This document shows positions 47,361 to 57,314 of a stretch of 64,000 nucleotides of DNA, piece by piece (position 1 is the stretch's first letter; every line of letters starts with the position of its first letter). Location of the stretch: contig CAWBEI010000007.1 in assembly GCA_963787835.1 (NCBI GenBank), positions 1 to 64,000 of the forward strand, read 5' to 3'. The notes below the pieces were generated by a model. That model had not been told where the DNA came from. It saw nothing but the letters and a program-made list of their open reading frames with translations, and made no database searches. The position numbers and the translations under genes are program-made. The stretch is from Ignavibacteriota bacterium (GTDB lineage Bacteria; Bacteroidota; Ignavibacteria; Palsa-1295).

Positions 47361-47552
47361 GTATAGATAACAATCCCCCAAAGACTAAGTGCCGGAATCT
47401 GACGATGCGAACTCATACATTACTTTTTGCTCACACGTCAAAAATGGAGATTTATTCAAGGGATTTGTTGTTGAAACGCCCATTCAAGTCATCGGATGCC
47501 GCTATTGAAGCCGTCAAAGCTCAGCTCAGAATTATTCTCTAAGACGTAGACC

Positions 47553-50500
47553 ATGTGGATCGTTCGCTTTGCACTCCGCCGCCCGTATTCCGTGGCGGTC
47601 GTCTCAATATTGCTTATTGTGATGGGCATCCTCTCGCTCAGGAACATGGCGGTCGATATATTCCCGACGATCGATATCCCGGTAGTCGCTGTCATATGGA
47701 ATTACAATGGTCTTTCAGCAACGGATATGGAGCGCCGTGTCATCCTTCTCGATGAACGTGCACTATCTACCTCCGTTAACGGTATCTCGCGTATCGAGAG
47801 TGAGTCGATCAATGGGATTGGCATCATGCGTGTGTATTTCGAGCCAGGAACCGATATTGGTTCCGCCATAGCCCAGATCACGGCGGTCGGCGTCATCGTC
47901 ACGCATTCGATGCCTCCTGGAATGCAGCCACCGATCGTGATCCAGTTCAATGCGTCCAATCTACAGGTTGCGCAGCTCACTGCTTCGAGCGAGACGTTGC
48001 CAGAGCAACAGATCTTCGATTACAGCCTGAACTTCATTCGTATCAGTCTTTTCACAATACCAGGACTTGCAACGCCCGCGCCTTATGGAGGAATGAACCG
48101 GCAAATATCGGTTGATATCGATCCAAGTGTGCTCGCATCGCGAGGGCTTTCGCCATCGGATATAGTTACTGCGCTTCAAAATTCCAATGTTATTATCCCA
48201 TCGGGTGCTGCAAGAATTGGAGATGTTCAATATAATATCGAGACGAATGCAAGCCCGACGGCGCTCTCGCAATTCCTTCAAATTCCAGTTAAGGTCGTAA
48301 ATGGCCACTCGATCCTTTTGGGGGATGTAGCACATGTTAGTGATGGCTTTGCTCAGCAAACAAATATCGTTCGTGTCAACGGGCACCGTGCTACCTATCT
48401 TGCGATCCTCAAGAAATCGAATGCCTCTACACTTGCGGTAGTTCAGGCGCTCAAGGATCAGCTCCCACAAATTCAAGCGGCTGCGCCAGATGGTTTGAAT
48501 TTGAAGATTGACTTCGATCAATCCGTTTACGTTAGCAATACGATCTCAAGCCTTTTGCGCGAGGCCCTCATTGCGACCCTGCTTGTATCCTTGCTGATCT
48601 TGCTATTTCTCGGAAGCTGGCGGAGTGTCGTCATCGTATGCACATCGATCCCACTTGCGATCATGACCTCGATCATCGGTCTTAATTTGACTGGTAATAC
48701 GATCAATATTATGACACTCGGCGGCCTTTCGCTCGCGATAGGCATGCTTGTTGACGATGCAACGGTGGAAGTTGAAAACATCCACCGAAATCGACTGCTT
48801 GGTAAGCCTCTGACCGTCGCTATTTTGGATGGTGCCCGACAGATCGCGTTGCCTGCAGTCATGGCGACATTTGCAATCTGCATTGTATTTTTCCCCGTTG
48901 TATTATTGACAGGCCCAGCGCGTTATCTTTTTACTCCGATGGCGCTTTCGGTGGTGTTGGCGATGATCGCGTCCTATTTACTCTCTCGAACGCTTGTTCC
49001 CGTGCTCGCGCGATTCCTTATGCGCAGTGAGGAACATCCTGGCGCTCCGGGCGAGCATGATTCCGCAGAGAATCCGTCAAAGCGCCGTGGGCCGATCGCA
49101 CGATTTGCCCGACGCTTCAATGAAAAGCGGGACAAGATATTCGATCGCTTTCAAGGTGCATACGGTCGTTTACTGGAGCGAATGCTCAATTTGCGCGGAT
49201 TCGTTCTTATCATTGCATTGCTCATATTGGTGCTTACTTTATTCCTTCCCAATTATATTGGAACGGATTTTTACCCTACATCCGATGCGGGCCTGATGAA
49301 ACTGCACATGCGCGCTCCCGTCGGTACACGTTTGGAAGTGACCGAGCAGATCGTCATCAAGGTGGAGCAAACGCTGCGAAGACAGATCCCGGCAAAGGAG
49401 CTTTCGACGATCAATGTCAATATCGGGGTTCCAGTATCCTATAATCTCGCCTTCGTCTCGACGGATAATACTTCGCCCATGGATGCGGACATCACCATTT
49501 CTCTTCAACCGGATCACCATCCGACGCAAGAGTATATGAAGAAAATTCGTAAAGCACTCGCTGCCGAATATCCGGGATGCGTCTTTTATTTTCAGGCGGC
49601 CGACATCGTTAGCCAGGTTTTGAATTTTGGACTGACTTCACCAGTAGATGTGCAGGTGCAGGGTTCGAATTTAGATACCGACTATAAATACGCGCTAAAA
49701 CTTCGTGACGAAATGAAGATCGTTCCCGGAACTGCTGACGTAGCGATCAAGGAAGTGCTCGATTATCCAGCAATTAAACTGAACGTCGATCGAACCCGCG
49801 CCGGGGAGATGGGATTGAATGTACAGGACGTTACGAGTAGTATGTTGATTTCACTTTCATCGAGCGGTCTTGTTGCTCCCTCATTTTTCCTGAATCCGGT
49901 CAATAATGTCAATTATTCGGTCATTGTTCAAACTCCGCTCAACAAAGTCACGAATGTATCGGATCTGCTCTCTACACCGATCACCTCCTTAGGAGGGTCG
50001 CATTTGGGGCCAACAAATTTATCATCCAGTGCACCCGCTCCGAATACACAGACCCCACCTTCCACAGCGGTCGCACTGCCAGGCACACAGAGTGAGCCGC
50101 TTGGCAATCTTGTGACCGTCTCGACGATCGCCGAGCCAAATCAGATCAATCACTATACGGTGCAGCGCATTCTCGATGTTACCTCGAATATCGAGGGGCG
50201 CGCGTTGGGTTCGGTTGCGGCAGATATTCAAGCGAAGGTCGATGCCATAGGGAAGCTTCCAAAGGGAATGCTGATCACCGTTCGTGGGCAGAACGAGGTG
50301 AAGACCGAGTCGTTCAAAGTATTCGGCCTTGGTATTATTTTGGCAATTCTGTTGGTGTATCTTTTGATGGTCCTTTGGTTTCAGACATGGCTCGATCCAT
50401 TTATTATCATGGTTGCGGTTCCCGGTGCGCTGATTGGCATATTGTGGATGCTCGCCATAACCGGCACGACCATCAATGTCGTTTCGCTGATGGGATCAAT

Positions 50501-50981
50501 CATGGCTATTGGTATCGCAGTGTCGAATTCGGTTCTGCTTGTCAATTTTGCGAACGACATTCGCGTTGAGGAACATCTCGATTCCTTTGATGCCGCGCTT
50601 GAAGCAGGGAAGACGCGTCTCCGGCCCGTGATCATGACTGCACTTGCGATGATCATTGGTATGATACCGATGGCGCTCGGTCTTGGCGAGGGTGGGGAGC
50701 AGAATGCCCCGCTCGGACGTGCAGTGATCGGCGGACTCATCATGGCGACGTTCGTGACGCTCTTTATCGTACCGATCGCGTATTCACTCCTCCGTAAGAA
50801 GTTACCAGGAAAGCATGTCATGGAGGAGCGTTTTGAAGCAGAAGAACGCGGCGAAGAATTTGACGAATCCGCCGAAGAAAAATTAGAGAAGCATCATTCT
50901 GAAATATCGCACGCAGATCAAATTGGATCGTTTGGAGTGCATAAAGAAGGGCACAGTGTGCCTGAAGGCGGTCAAACGTAA
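47553..50981 (+). CDS. RND efflux permease (AcrB/CzcA-like family)
   Basis: DIFPTIDIP, GMLVDDATV, RLRPVIMT and PLGRAVIGG motifs. Confidence 0.94.
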   Translation: MWIVRFALRRPYSVAVVSILLIVMGILSLRNMAVDIFPTIDIPVVAVIWNYNGLSATDMERRVILLDERALSTSVNGISRIESESINGIGIMRVYFEPGTDIGSAIAQITAVGVIVTHSMPPGMQPPIVIQFNASNLQVAQLTASSETLPEQQIFDYSLNFIRISLFTIPGLATPAPYGGMNRQISVDIDPSVLASRGLSPSDIVTALQNSNVIIPSGAARIGDVQYNIETNASPTALSQFLQIPVKVVNGHSILLGDVAHVSDGFAQQTNIVRVNGHRATYLAILKKSNASTLAVVQALKDQLPQIQAAAPDGLNLKIDFDQSVYVSNTISSLLREALIATLLVSLLILLFLGSWRSVVIVCTSIPLAIMTSIIGLNLTGNTINIMTLGGLSLAIGMLVDDATVEVENIHRNRLLGKPLTVAILDGARQIALPAVMATFAICIVFFPVVLLTGPARYLFTPMALSVVLAMIASYLLSRTLVPVLARFLMRSEEHPGAPGEHDSAENPSKRRGPIARFARRFNEKRDKIFDRFQGAYGRLLERMLNLRGFVLIIALLILVLTLFLPNYIGTDFYPTSDAGLMKLHMRAPVGTRLEVTEQIVIKVEQTLRRQIPAKELSTINVNIGVPVSYNLAFVSTDNTSPMDADITISLQPDHHPTQEYMKKIRKALAAEYPGCVFYFQAADIVSQVLNFGLTSPVDVQVQGSNLDTDYKYALKLRDEMKIVPGTADVAIKEVLDYPAIKLNVDRTRAGEMGLNVQDVTSSMLISLSSSGLVAPSFFLNPVNNVNYSVIVQTPLNKVTNVSDLLSTPITSLGGSHLGPTNLSSSAPAPNTQTPPSTAVALPGTQSEPLGNLVTVSTIAEPNQINHYTVQRILDVTSNIEGRALGSVAADIQAKVDAIGKLPKGMLITVRGQNEVKTESFKVFGLGIILAILLVYLLMVLWFQTWLDPFIIMVAVPGALIGILWMLAITGTTINVVSLMGSIMAIGIAVSNSVLLVNFANDIRVEEHLDSFDAALEAGKTRLRPVIMTALAMIIGMIPMALGLGEGGEQNAPLGRAVIGGLIMATFVTLFIVPIAYSLLRKKLPGKHVMEERFEAEERGEEFDESAEEKLEKHHSEISHADQIGSFGVHKEGHSVPEGGQT

Positions 50982-50983
50982 TT

Positions 50984-52129
50984 ATGGACGAAACATCACA
51001 AAATACTTCCTTGAATCCAAATGAGAAACCCGCTCCGAAGCGGCGTGGGTCGGCATATCTTATTGGCCTACTTCTCGTCCTCTCGGTCGGGATTCTTATT
51101 ATTCTTTTAACGGCCTCCAGGAATTCGAGCGAGAGAAAACAAACAGAAAGCCTCACGAAAGAAGCAGCCTTAGGGCCGGTGGTTCAGACGGCAAGCACAA
51201 TTGTTTCGCCACAGGAGGATTCCATTCAGGTGGAAGGCGATGCGCTTCCATACGCGAGCGCTACGCTGTATGCGAAGATCAGTGGGTATCTGCGCTCCAT
51301 TAAAGTGGATAAGGGCGATCGGGTCTCGGCGGGTGAATTACTTGCAACGATCGAATCTCCGGAAACGGACAAGCAATATCTTGCTGCTATCGCAACGATG
51401 CAGAACGATTCCCAGGTTGCTGCGCGAGATCTCGTTCTATATAAAAAGCAGTTGATCTCGCAGCAGGACTATGAGCAGGCCGTTTTTACTGCGGAGCAAG
51501 CAAAACAAACCGCAGCACAATATAAAGACCTGATGAGCTATGAGGAGATCCGAGCGCCGTTCGCTGGAACCGTAACCGCGCGCTATGCCGATCCCGGGGC
51601 GCTCGTACAAAATGCAGAAAATGGGGCAACCAGTTCGCTACCGGTGGTTTCTATTGCAAACCTCGATAAACTGAGAATAGAATTATACCTCGATCAACGC
51701 TATGCTCCATTCGTTCGTAATGGGGACACCGTAAAGATAACGCTTCCAGATCGACCCGGTTTTGTGGAAAAAGCTACCATCACTCGGTTCACTGGTGAGC
51801 TTGATGTTCAATCTCGAATGCTGCTGGTAGAAGTGGAAGCGCAGAATGCTCAACATGAGATCGTTGCTGGCAGTACGGTCCGCGCGGAAGTGAGAGTTAA
51901 GCATGCTCGTTTGCTTCAGATCCCTGTCGCAGCGCTGATCGTGAAAGGAAATAAAAGTTTTGTGGGTGAAGTCACAAAGGATAATACGTTCCAATTGGAC
52001 TCGATAACGACCGGCACCAATTACGGCTCAACTATCGAGGTCGTTTCCGGGTTAACCGGCAGCGAGAAGCTTGCGCTGAACGTTGGCAACACGCTCCCCA
52101 ATGGCGCACACGTTCAATTGATGAAATAA
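50984..52129 (+). CDS. RND periplasmic adaptor (membrane fusion protein)
   Basis: TM anchor; VDKGDRV..G.LLA and IRAPFAGTV motifs. Confidence 0.92.
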   Translation: MDETSQNTSLNPNEKPAPKRRGSAYLIGLLLVLSVGILIILLTASRNSSERKQTESLTKEAALGPVVQTASTIVSPQEDSIQVEGDALPYASATLYAKISGYLRSIKVDKGDRVSAGELLATIESPETDKQYLAAIATMQNDSQVAARDLVLYKKQLISQQDYEQAVFTAEQAKQTAAQYKDLMSYEEIRAPFAGTVTARYADPGALVQNAENGATSSLPVVSIANLDKLRIELYLDQRYAPFVRNGDTVKITLPDRPGFVEKATITRFTGELDVQSRMLLVEVEAQNAQHEIVAGSTVRAEVRVKHARLLQIPVAALIVKGNKSFVGEVTKDNTFQLDSITTGTNYGSTIEVVSGLTGSEKLALNVGNTLPNGAHVQLMK

Positions 52130-52141
52130 TCTATTATATGA

Positions 52142-52294
52142 CAGCGCCGTCAGGTCCGGCCTGTTTGTAGAAATCGTTGTGGCCTTTTTTTATGAGTCAA
52201 GCTCCGATAGGAGTGGCCCGTAGGCCGCTCCTATCGGAGCTTAAAAATGCGCGAGAAGCAATATCCTACAAACGGGCCGCACCTGACGGTGCTG
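52142..52294. repeat. Nested palindromic element (REP/MITE-like)
   Basis: Outer inverted repeats CAGCGCCGTCAGGTCCGGCCTGTTTGTAG / CTACAAACGGGCCGCACCTGACGGTGCTG; inner hairpin at 52199-52242. Confidence 0.75.
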
Positions 52295-52345
52295 CTCGGA
52301 AATCCTAAATAAGCAAATCAGAGATAACAGTATGCGCTGGAGGTT

Positions 52346-52861
52346 TTATTTCGCCTTATTGAGTTCGGCGATGTCCTTCAATAATTCTGTGCTGTGGTTA
52401 TGAACATCCACGCTATGATAGACCTTTGCGATCTTGCCATCCTTACCGATGAGGAAGGTCCAGCGTTTGGCATGACCGTTAGCAATGGGAACTCCATAAG
52501 CATTGCAGATGGTATGGCTGGTATCGACGAGGAGTGGGAAGTTCAAGCTGTCCTTCTTCGTAAACTGCTCATGCAGTTCGCGCGAGTCAGTAGAGACGCC
52601 GAGCACGACGGTATGCGCGGCCTTATATTTTGAGATCTCGTCGCGGAATGTGCATGCCTCCACAGTGCAACCGCTCGATAGATCGGCAGGATAAAAATAC
52701 AGCACGACATTCGACTTTCCTAGGAAGTGATGAAGCGAAATATGCGAGCCGTTAGTGGATACGGCGCTGAATGCGGGAGCTTTATCGCCCTGCTTGAGAT
52801 CCACTGGCGCACCAGCAAAAATAGCTGCTAACAGTATTCCCAAAAGAGTTTTCATGATCAT
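52346..52861 (-). CDS. Peroxiredoxin BCP/PrxQ with signal peptide
   Basis: VLYFYP...GCTVEAC.FRD motif; hydrophobic N-terminus. Confidence 0.88.
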   Translation of the reverse strand: MIMKTLLGILLAAIFAGAPVDLKQGDKAPAFSAVSTNGSHISLHHFLGKSNVVLYFYPADLSSGCTVEACTFRDEISKYKAAHTVVLGVSTDSRELHEQFTKKDSLNFPLLVDTSHTICNAYGVPIANGHAKRWTFLIGKDGKIAKVYHSVDVHNHSTELLKDIAELNKAK

Positions 52862-52887
52862 TACCTTAGATTAAGTATGCAAACTGG

Positions 52888-53376
52888 CTACGCGAGATTA
52901 TTCGCTGCAATGTCCCGCAGTATCTCTTCACTGTGAATTCTCGCATCGACTTTGCGGTATGTTTGCACGATCTTTCCATCTTTATCGATAAGGAACGACC
53001 ATCGATATGGTTGGCGATGTTCCCAGTCGATCGGAACTCCGTAAGCATTACATATTGTCGCATCGGAATCGACGAGCAGCGGAAAATTAAGATTTTCTTT
53101 TTGTGTGAATGCTTCGTGTTTCGCACGGTCGTCGAGCGAGACGCCGAGAATTACCGTATTCGCTTGGTCGAATTTCGATTTATCGTCCCTGAATTTGCGC
53201 GCCTCAACGGTACATCCTCCCGTCATATCTTCGGGATAAAAATACAGTACGACATTTGATTTCCCGAGGAATTGTGGAAGAGAGATATTTGAGCCATCGG
53301 TTGACTCTGCCTCAAAATTAGGTGCAATGTCGCCCGGTTTGAGATCGACGGTTGACGTTGTAGGAGTTTCTGGCAT
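52888..53376 (-). CDS. Peroxiredoxin BCP/PrxQ, cytoplasmic
   Basis: VLYFYP...GCTVEARKFRD motif. Confidence 0.88.
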   Translation of the reverse strand: MPETPTTSTVDLKPGDIAPNFEAESTDGSNISLPQFLGKSNVVLYFYPEDMTGGCTVEARKFRDDKSKFDQANTVILGVSLDDRAKHEAFTQKENLNFPLLVDSDATICNAYGVPIDWEHRQPYRWSFLIDKDGKIVQTYRKVDARIHSEEILRDIAANNLA

Positions 53377-53459
53377 TTTAGTTAAAAAATGTGATTGATA
53401 ATGTCGTTTATGAAGGCAATTTAAACCCGACGTGTTTCTTAATAGCTCATGAGAATAAA

Positions 53460-54302
53460 CTAATATTCGTAAAAACCTCGTCCCGTCTTTTTCCCAAGCC
53501 GGTTGGCCTCGACCATTTTTTGCTGGACCAGATGCGGGCGAAAGCGCGGTTCATCGAAATATTGATGATAAACCGATTCCGTTACAGCGAGATTCACATC
53601 AATTCCAATGAGATCCATTAGCTCGAACGGACCCATAGCAAACCCGTTGGCTTTCATAATGCGGTCGATCTGCTCATGCGAGGCAATCCCATCGTTAAGT
53701 AATCGGAATGCTTCCCCATAAAAGTTACGCGCCACGCGATTGACGATGAAGCCAGGTGTATCTTTCGCTAATACCGGTACTTTGCCGATCTGCTTGATAT
53801 ACCCCTCAGCGCGATACATCACTTCATCGGTTGTTTCCTGTCCGCGTATGATCTCAACAAGCTTCATGATATGCGCAGGATTGAAAAAATGCAGTCCAAG
53901 CACGCGCGATGGACGTTTCGTTGCACTTGCTATGGCGGTAATTGCGAGAGATGAGGTATTGCTTGCAAAGATGCAATCCTCGCTGCACATCTCATCGAGT
54001 TTTGCAAAAAGCTCCTGCTTGGTTTGGAGTTTTTCGATGGCGGCTTCGATGACGAGATCGGCAGTCTTCAGATGGTCGAAGTGGGTGGTTGTGCGAATCT
54101 TGATAGCTGCAGCATTCGCATCGGCGTGGGTCAGTTTGCCACGCTCGATGGATTTATCCATCATCGTGCCGATGCTTTTATATGCGCGTTGGAGAAAACC
54201 GTCGGAAATATCGTACAGCACAACGTCATACCCCGCGAGCGCGGAGGAAAGCGCAATGCCAGTTCCCATTGTTCCGGCGCCGATGATGCCAATAGTGGTC
54301 AT
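53460..54302 (-). CDS. 3-hydroxyacyl-CoA dehydrogenase (PaaH-like)
   Basis: GAGTMG, ASNTSS, HFFNP, GFIVNR and MGPF.L.D.IG.D motifs. Confidence 0.92.
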   Translation of the reverse strand: MTTIGIIGAGTMGTGIALSSALAGYDVVLYDISDGFLQRAYKSIGTMMDKSIERGKLTHADANAAAIKIRTTTHFDHLKTADLVIEAAIEKLQTKQELFAKLDEMCSEDCIFASNTSSLAITAIASATKRPSRVLGLHFFNPAHIMKLVEIIRGQETTDEVMYRAEGYIKQIGKVPVLAKDTPGFIVNRVARNFYGEAFRLLNDGIASHEQIDRIMKANGFAMGPFELMDLIGIDVNLAVTESVYHQYFDEPRFRPHLVQQKMVEANRLGKKTGRGFYEY

Positions 54303-54305
54303 GCG

Positions 54306-55094
54306 TTATTTCCCAGAATATTCCGGTTTGCGTTTTTCCTTAAATGCTTCGACAGCATTCGTATAATCCTGCGTCCGTCCGGCAGCTTCTTGCATAAAGA
54401 CTTCGTAGTCCAATGCGTCATCGAGCGAAACTGCGGCTGCGCGATCCAGCATGCGCTTGATATAACCATAAGCTTTCGTTGGTCCTGTGGCAAAAGCCGT
54501 GGCAATTTTCAATGTTTCCGCTTCTAACTCCGCGGCTGGAACCACCTTATTTGTGAGATTCAATTCCAGTGCCTTTTGTGCGGAAATATCTTCGCCCAGC
54601 GCAGCGAGTTCAAATGCTTTTGCCACGCCGCAATTTTTTACGAGGAACCAGCTGGAACCGGAATCTGGAACAAGTCCGATGCGCACAAATACTTCGATGA
54701 GCTTTGCATTCTCGGACATTATCCGGTAATCGCATGCGAGTGCCAGCGATGCGCCTGCACCGGCCGCTACGCCGTTAACGGAGGCGATGACTGGCTTCGG
54801 TAGTTTGCGAATAGCGCGAATGAGTGGATTATAGCGTCGTTCTAAGGAATCACGCAGGGAGCGTTTACCGCTGCCCGTCGGCGCATCTTTTAGATCCTGG
54901 CCGGAGCAGAATGCTTTTCCTGCGCCCGTCAGCACAACGACGCGTATCTCATCATTCTTGGAAGCTTCCTTGAAAGCCTCGATGAGATCGGTCGTAAGCT
55001 GCTCGTTGAAGGCATTATAAACTTCCGGCCGGTTCAGCGTGATGGTGAAGATACCGCCGGAAAGGGAAGTCAATATTGTCTGGAAATCGGGCAT
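54306..55094 (-). CDS. Enoyl-CoA hydratase/isomerase (PaaG-like)
   Basis: FCSGQDL, NGVAAGAG and GLVPDSG motifs. Confidence 0.88.
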   Translation of the reverse strand: MPDFQTILTSLSGGIFTITLNRPEVYNAFNEQLTTDLIEAFKEASKNDEIRVVVLTGAGKAFCSGQDLKDAPTGSGKRSLRDSLERRYNPLIRAIRKLPKPVIASVNGVAAGAGASLALACDYRIMSENAKLIEVFVRIGLVPDSGSSWFLVKNCGVAKAFELAALGEDISAQKALELNLTNKVVPAAELEAETLKIATAFATGPTKAYGYIKRMLDRAAAVSLDDALDYEVFMQEAAGRTQDYTNAVEAFKEKRKPEYSGK

Positions 55095-55105
55095 ATAATT
55101 AGAAG

Positions 55106-55882
55106 TTATTTACCCTTCCACTCGGGCTTGCGTTTTTCGATGAAGGATGACATCCCCTCGCGCATGTCCTCAGACGCAAAAAGGAGATAGAAGTTCTTGC
55201 GTTCGTATTCCAATCCCATCTCGATTGTAGTGTCGAAGGATTTTAGAATGGCTTCTTTTGCGAGACGCACTGCAATGGGCGGCTTATCGGCAATATCACG
55301 CGCGATTCGTTGGGCTTCTTCGAGGTAGAATTCGATGGGTACAACTTTGTTTACTAAACCAGCCTTAAGTGCTTCATCCGCAGAGATTTGGCGTCCGGTT
55401 AAGATCATCTCCATCGCCAATCCTTTACCGACAGCTCTGGTGAGTCGTTGGGTTCCTCCAGCGCCGGGCATTACACCAATTAGAATTTCTGGTTGGCCTA
55501 TTCGAGCTGTTTCACTTGCAATGATAATATCGCAATGCATCATCAGTTCACAGCCTCCACCAAGTGCAAAGCCAGAGACAGCAGCGATGATCGGCTTCTT
55601 TATCTTTCGTATTCGATCCCAACGCGCAAACTGATCGCGGCTAAGCATATCAACGGCGGAGGCATCGGCCATTTCTTTAATGTCGGCACCGGCAGCGAAC
55701 GCGCGATCACTACCGGTGAGTACGACTACTCGAACGGAGTCATCTTGATCCAACTCTTCGAGGCAATCGACGAGTTCGGTCATCAGCTCGATATTGAGCG
55801 CGTTGAGAACTTTAGGGCGGTTAAGAGAAACGGTTGCTACAAAGCCGTCGCGAGCGACGAGAAGGTTCTTAAATTCTCGCAT
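55106..55882 (-). CDS. Enoyl-CoA hydratase (PaaF-like)
   Basis: FAAGADIKEM, GFALGGGCE and GQPE..IG..PGAGGTQRL motifs. Confidence 0.92.
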   Translation of the reverse strand: MREFKNLLVARDGFVATVSLNRPKVLNALNIELMTELVDCLEELDQDDSVRVVVLTGSDRAFAAGADIKEMADASAVDMLSRDQFARWDRIRKIKKPIIAAVSGFALGGGCELMMHCDIIIASETARIGQPEILIGVMPGAGGTQRLTRAVGKGLAMEMILTGRQISADEALKAGLVNKVVPIEFYLEEAQRIARDIADKPPIAVRLAKEAILKSFDTTIEMGLEYERKNFYLLFASEDMREGMSSFIEKRKPEWKGK

Positions 55883-55893
55883 GAACGAGGCGA

Positions 55894-56187
55894 TTAATCT
55901 CGGCTGGTATGTTTTTCTTCTTTGAATTTTCCGACAATGGTTTGAAGCTTCTGCACGACCTCGCTTCGCTTCAATCCAGCTTTAGCCTGGAAGACCGTCA
56001 TCTTGTATTGTGGGCGGGCACCACCGGGCGAAACAGAGCCTACAAAGAAATCGGAATGTTTCCAACCTGTTTCGCGCAGCGATTCCTGGATCAAAGAGAC
56101 CTGCAGGCGACTCAGCGGAGTTGCGATTCGAATATTCGGCTCTTCCGTGCCGGGTAATAGCTCTTTCTCTTTCGATTGCATTCGCAT
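55894..56187 (-). CDS. Hypothetical protein
   Basis: 97-aa ORF co-oriented with, and 11 nt upstream of, the hydratase gene. Confidence 0.55.
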   Translation of the reverse strand: MRMQSKEKELLPGTEEPNIRIATPLSRLQVSLIQESLRETGWKHSDFFVGSVSPGGARPQYKMTVFQAKAGLKRSEVVQKLQTIVGKFKEEKHTSRD

Positions 56188-56398
56188 AGGCGTGTCAAGA
56201 AATAGGTGAAAGTATGATAACTTTTACGGATGGCTTTGAACCGGATACTCTCTTGAATAGTGCCTTCGTTTCATTACGGTTACTTTGTGATCAAATTTAC
56301 TGGAACGCCGGGGATTTCAGTAGCGTTGATAGATTACCCTTTTCAAGTAACCCCCAAGTTGCTGAAAACATGTAATTTACTGAGTTTTCAAAAGTCTT

Positions 56399-56881
56399 AT
56401 GCTTAGAACGCGAACCCTTGCATATCTTTTCGCTTCTGTGCTTGCAGTTTCGAATGCATCAGCACAGATGGTACACACCACCATTATATCCCATAAAACC
56501 GATTCCCCGCAACTGAGCGAGGTCAAGCAAGCCGTGTCTATGCCTGACACGACTGCTAGCGCACTTTCCACCGCATCGGATATTACGAGCGTAAGCTCCT
56601 CGCCACATGCTGGGCTCGTTGTAACCAATGCCTGGCCAAATCCTGTGCATCCGGCTTCGACATTGCACCTTGAGTTACTGACCGACAAGGATGGTCCTGT
56701 TACAACCGGTATCTATGATGTTGCCGGTACGCAAAAGGCGACGCTCGAACTTGGTCAGGTAAGCGTTGGGTTGAATGAGCTTCAAGCCTCTGTGCCAGAT
56801 CTTGCCAGCGGAGAATACCTGATCCGAATTCAGCAAGGGACCGATAACCCTGTGATCGTCAAGATAAACTATATCAAATAA
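56399..56881 (+). CDS. Small T9SS-domain protein
   Basis: Signal peptide ASA-Q; Ser/Thr linker; WPNP..IYDVAG..LASGEYLIRI domain. Confidence 0.8.
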   Translation: MLRTRTLAYLFASVLAVSNASAQMVHTTIISHKTDSPQLSEVKQAVSMPDTTASALSTASDITSVSSSPHAGLVVTNAWPNPVHPASTLHLELLTDKDGPVTTGIYDVAGTQKATLELGQVSVGLNELQASVPDLASGEYLIRIQQGTDNPVIVKINYIK

Positions 56882-56989
56882 GGCGATTTATAGCCCTATT
56901 TTCCGATAATGCGTCTTGGCTCTTTTTGAGCCTGATTTACAAATCGTTCTTAGCTGTTGCAACAACATTACCATTGTGTTACGGCGTAA

Positions 56990-57220
56990 GTTCTCCACTC
57001 ATTATCCCAAAAACGGTTCCATTCGGAACCAATTAAGCCTAAAAACGGGTGTGAACTAAGGTCTCAATCAATCACCCTAATTTGCATGGAATGAAGGATT
57101 TCCAGAGTTATTAACTTGTCCGCATTCGTTTATTCACCTCCCTGTGGGTAACTACGGCGATATGCACCGACTTATCGACATATTACGGGATAATTTTCTC
57201 CGAACTCAATTCCACCCTTT
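56990..57220. other. Cluster of DnaA-box-like 9-mers, candidate oriC
   Basis: TTATTCACC at 57130, TGTGGGTAA at 57143, TTATCGACA at 57172 and weaker boxes, in a 430-bp gap between convergent genes. Confidence 0.45.
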
Positions 57221-57314
57221 ATTATCGCAATTCGTAATGTTAAGAAGAGAAATAAGCCAGTATTATCAAGCCGAAAAATATGCAATCGTTACCGGATCGC
57301 GTCCCATCAATGAA

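Noticed and set aside
53460-55882. Complete phenylacetate catabolic cluster
   Set aside because: Only paaF/G/H-like genes are present; no paaABCDE, paaK or paaZ is in the window, so gene symbols were withheld
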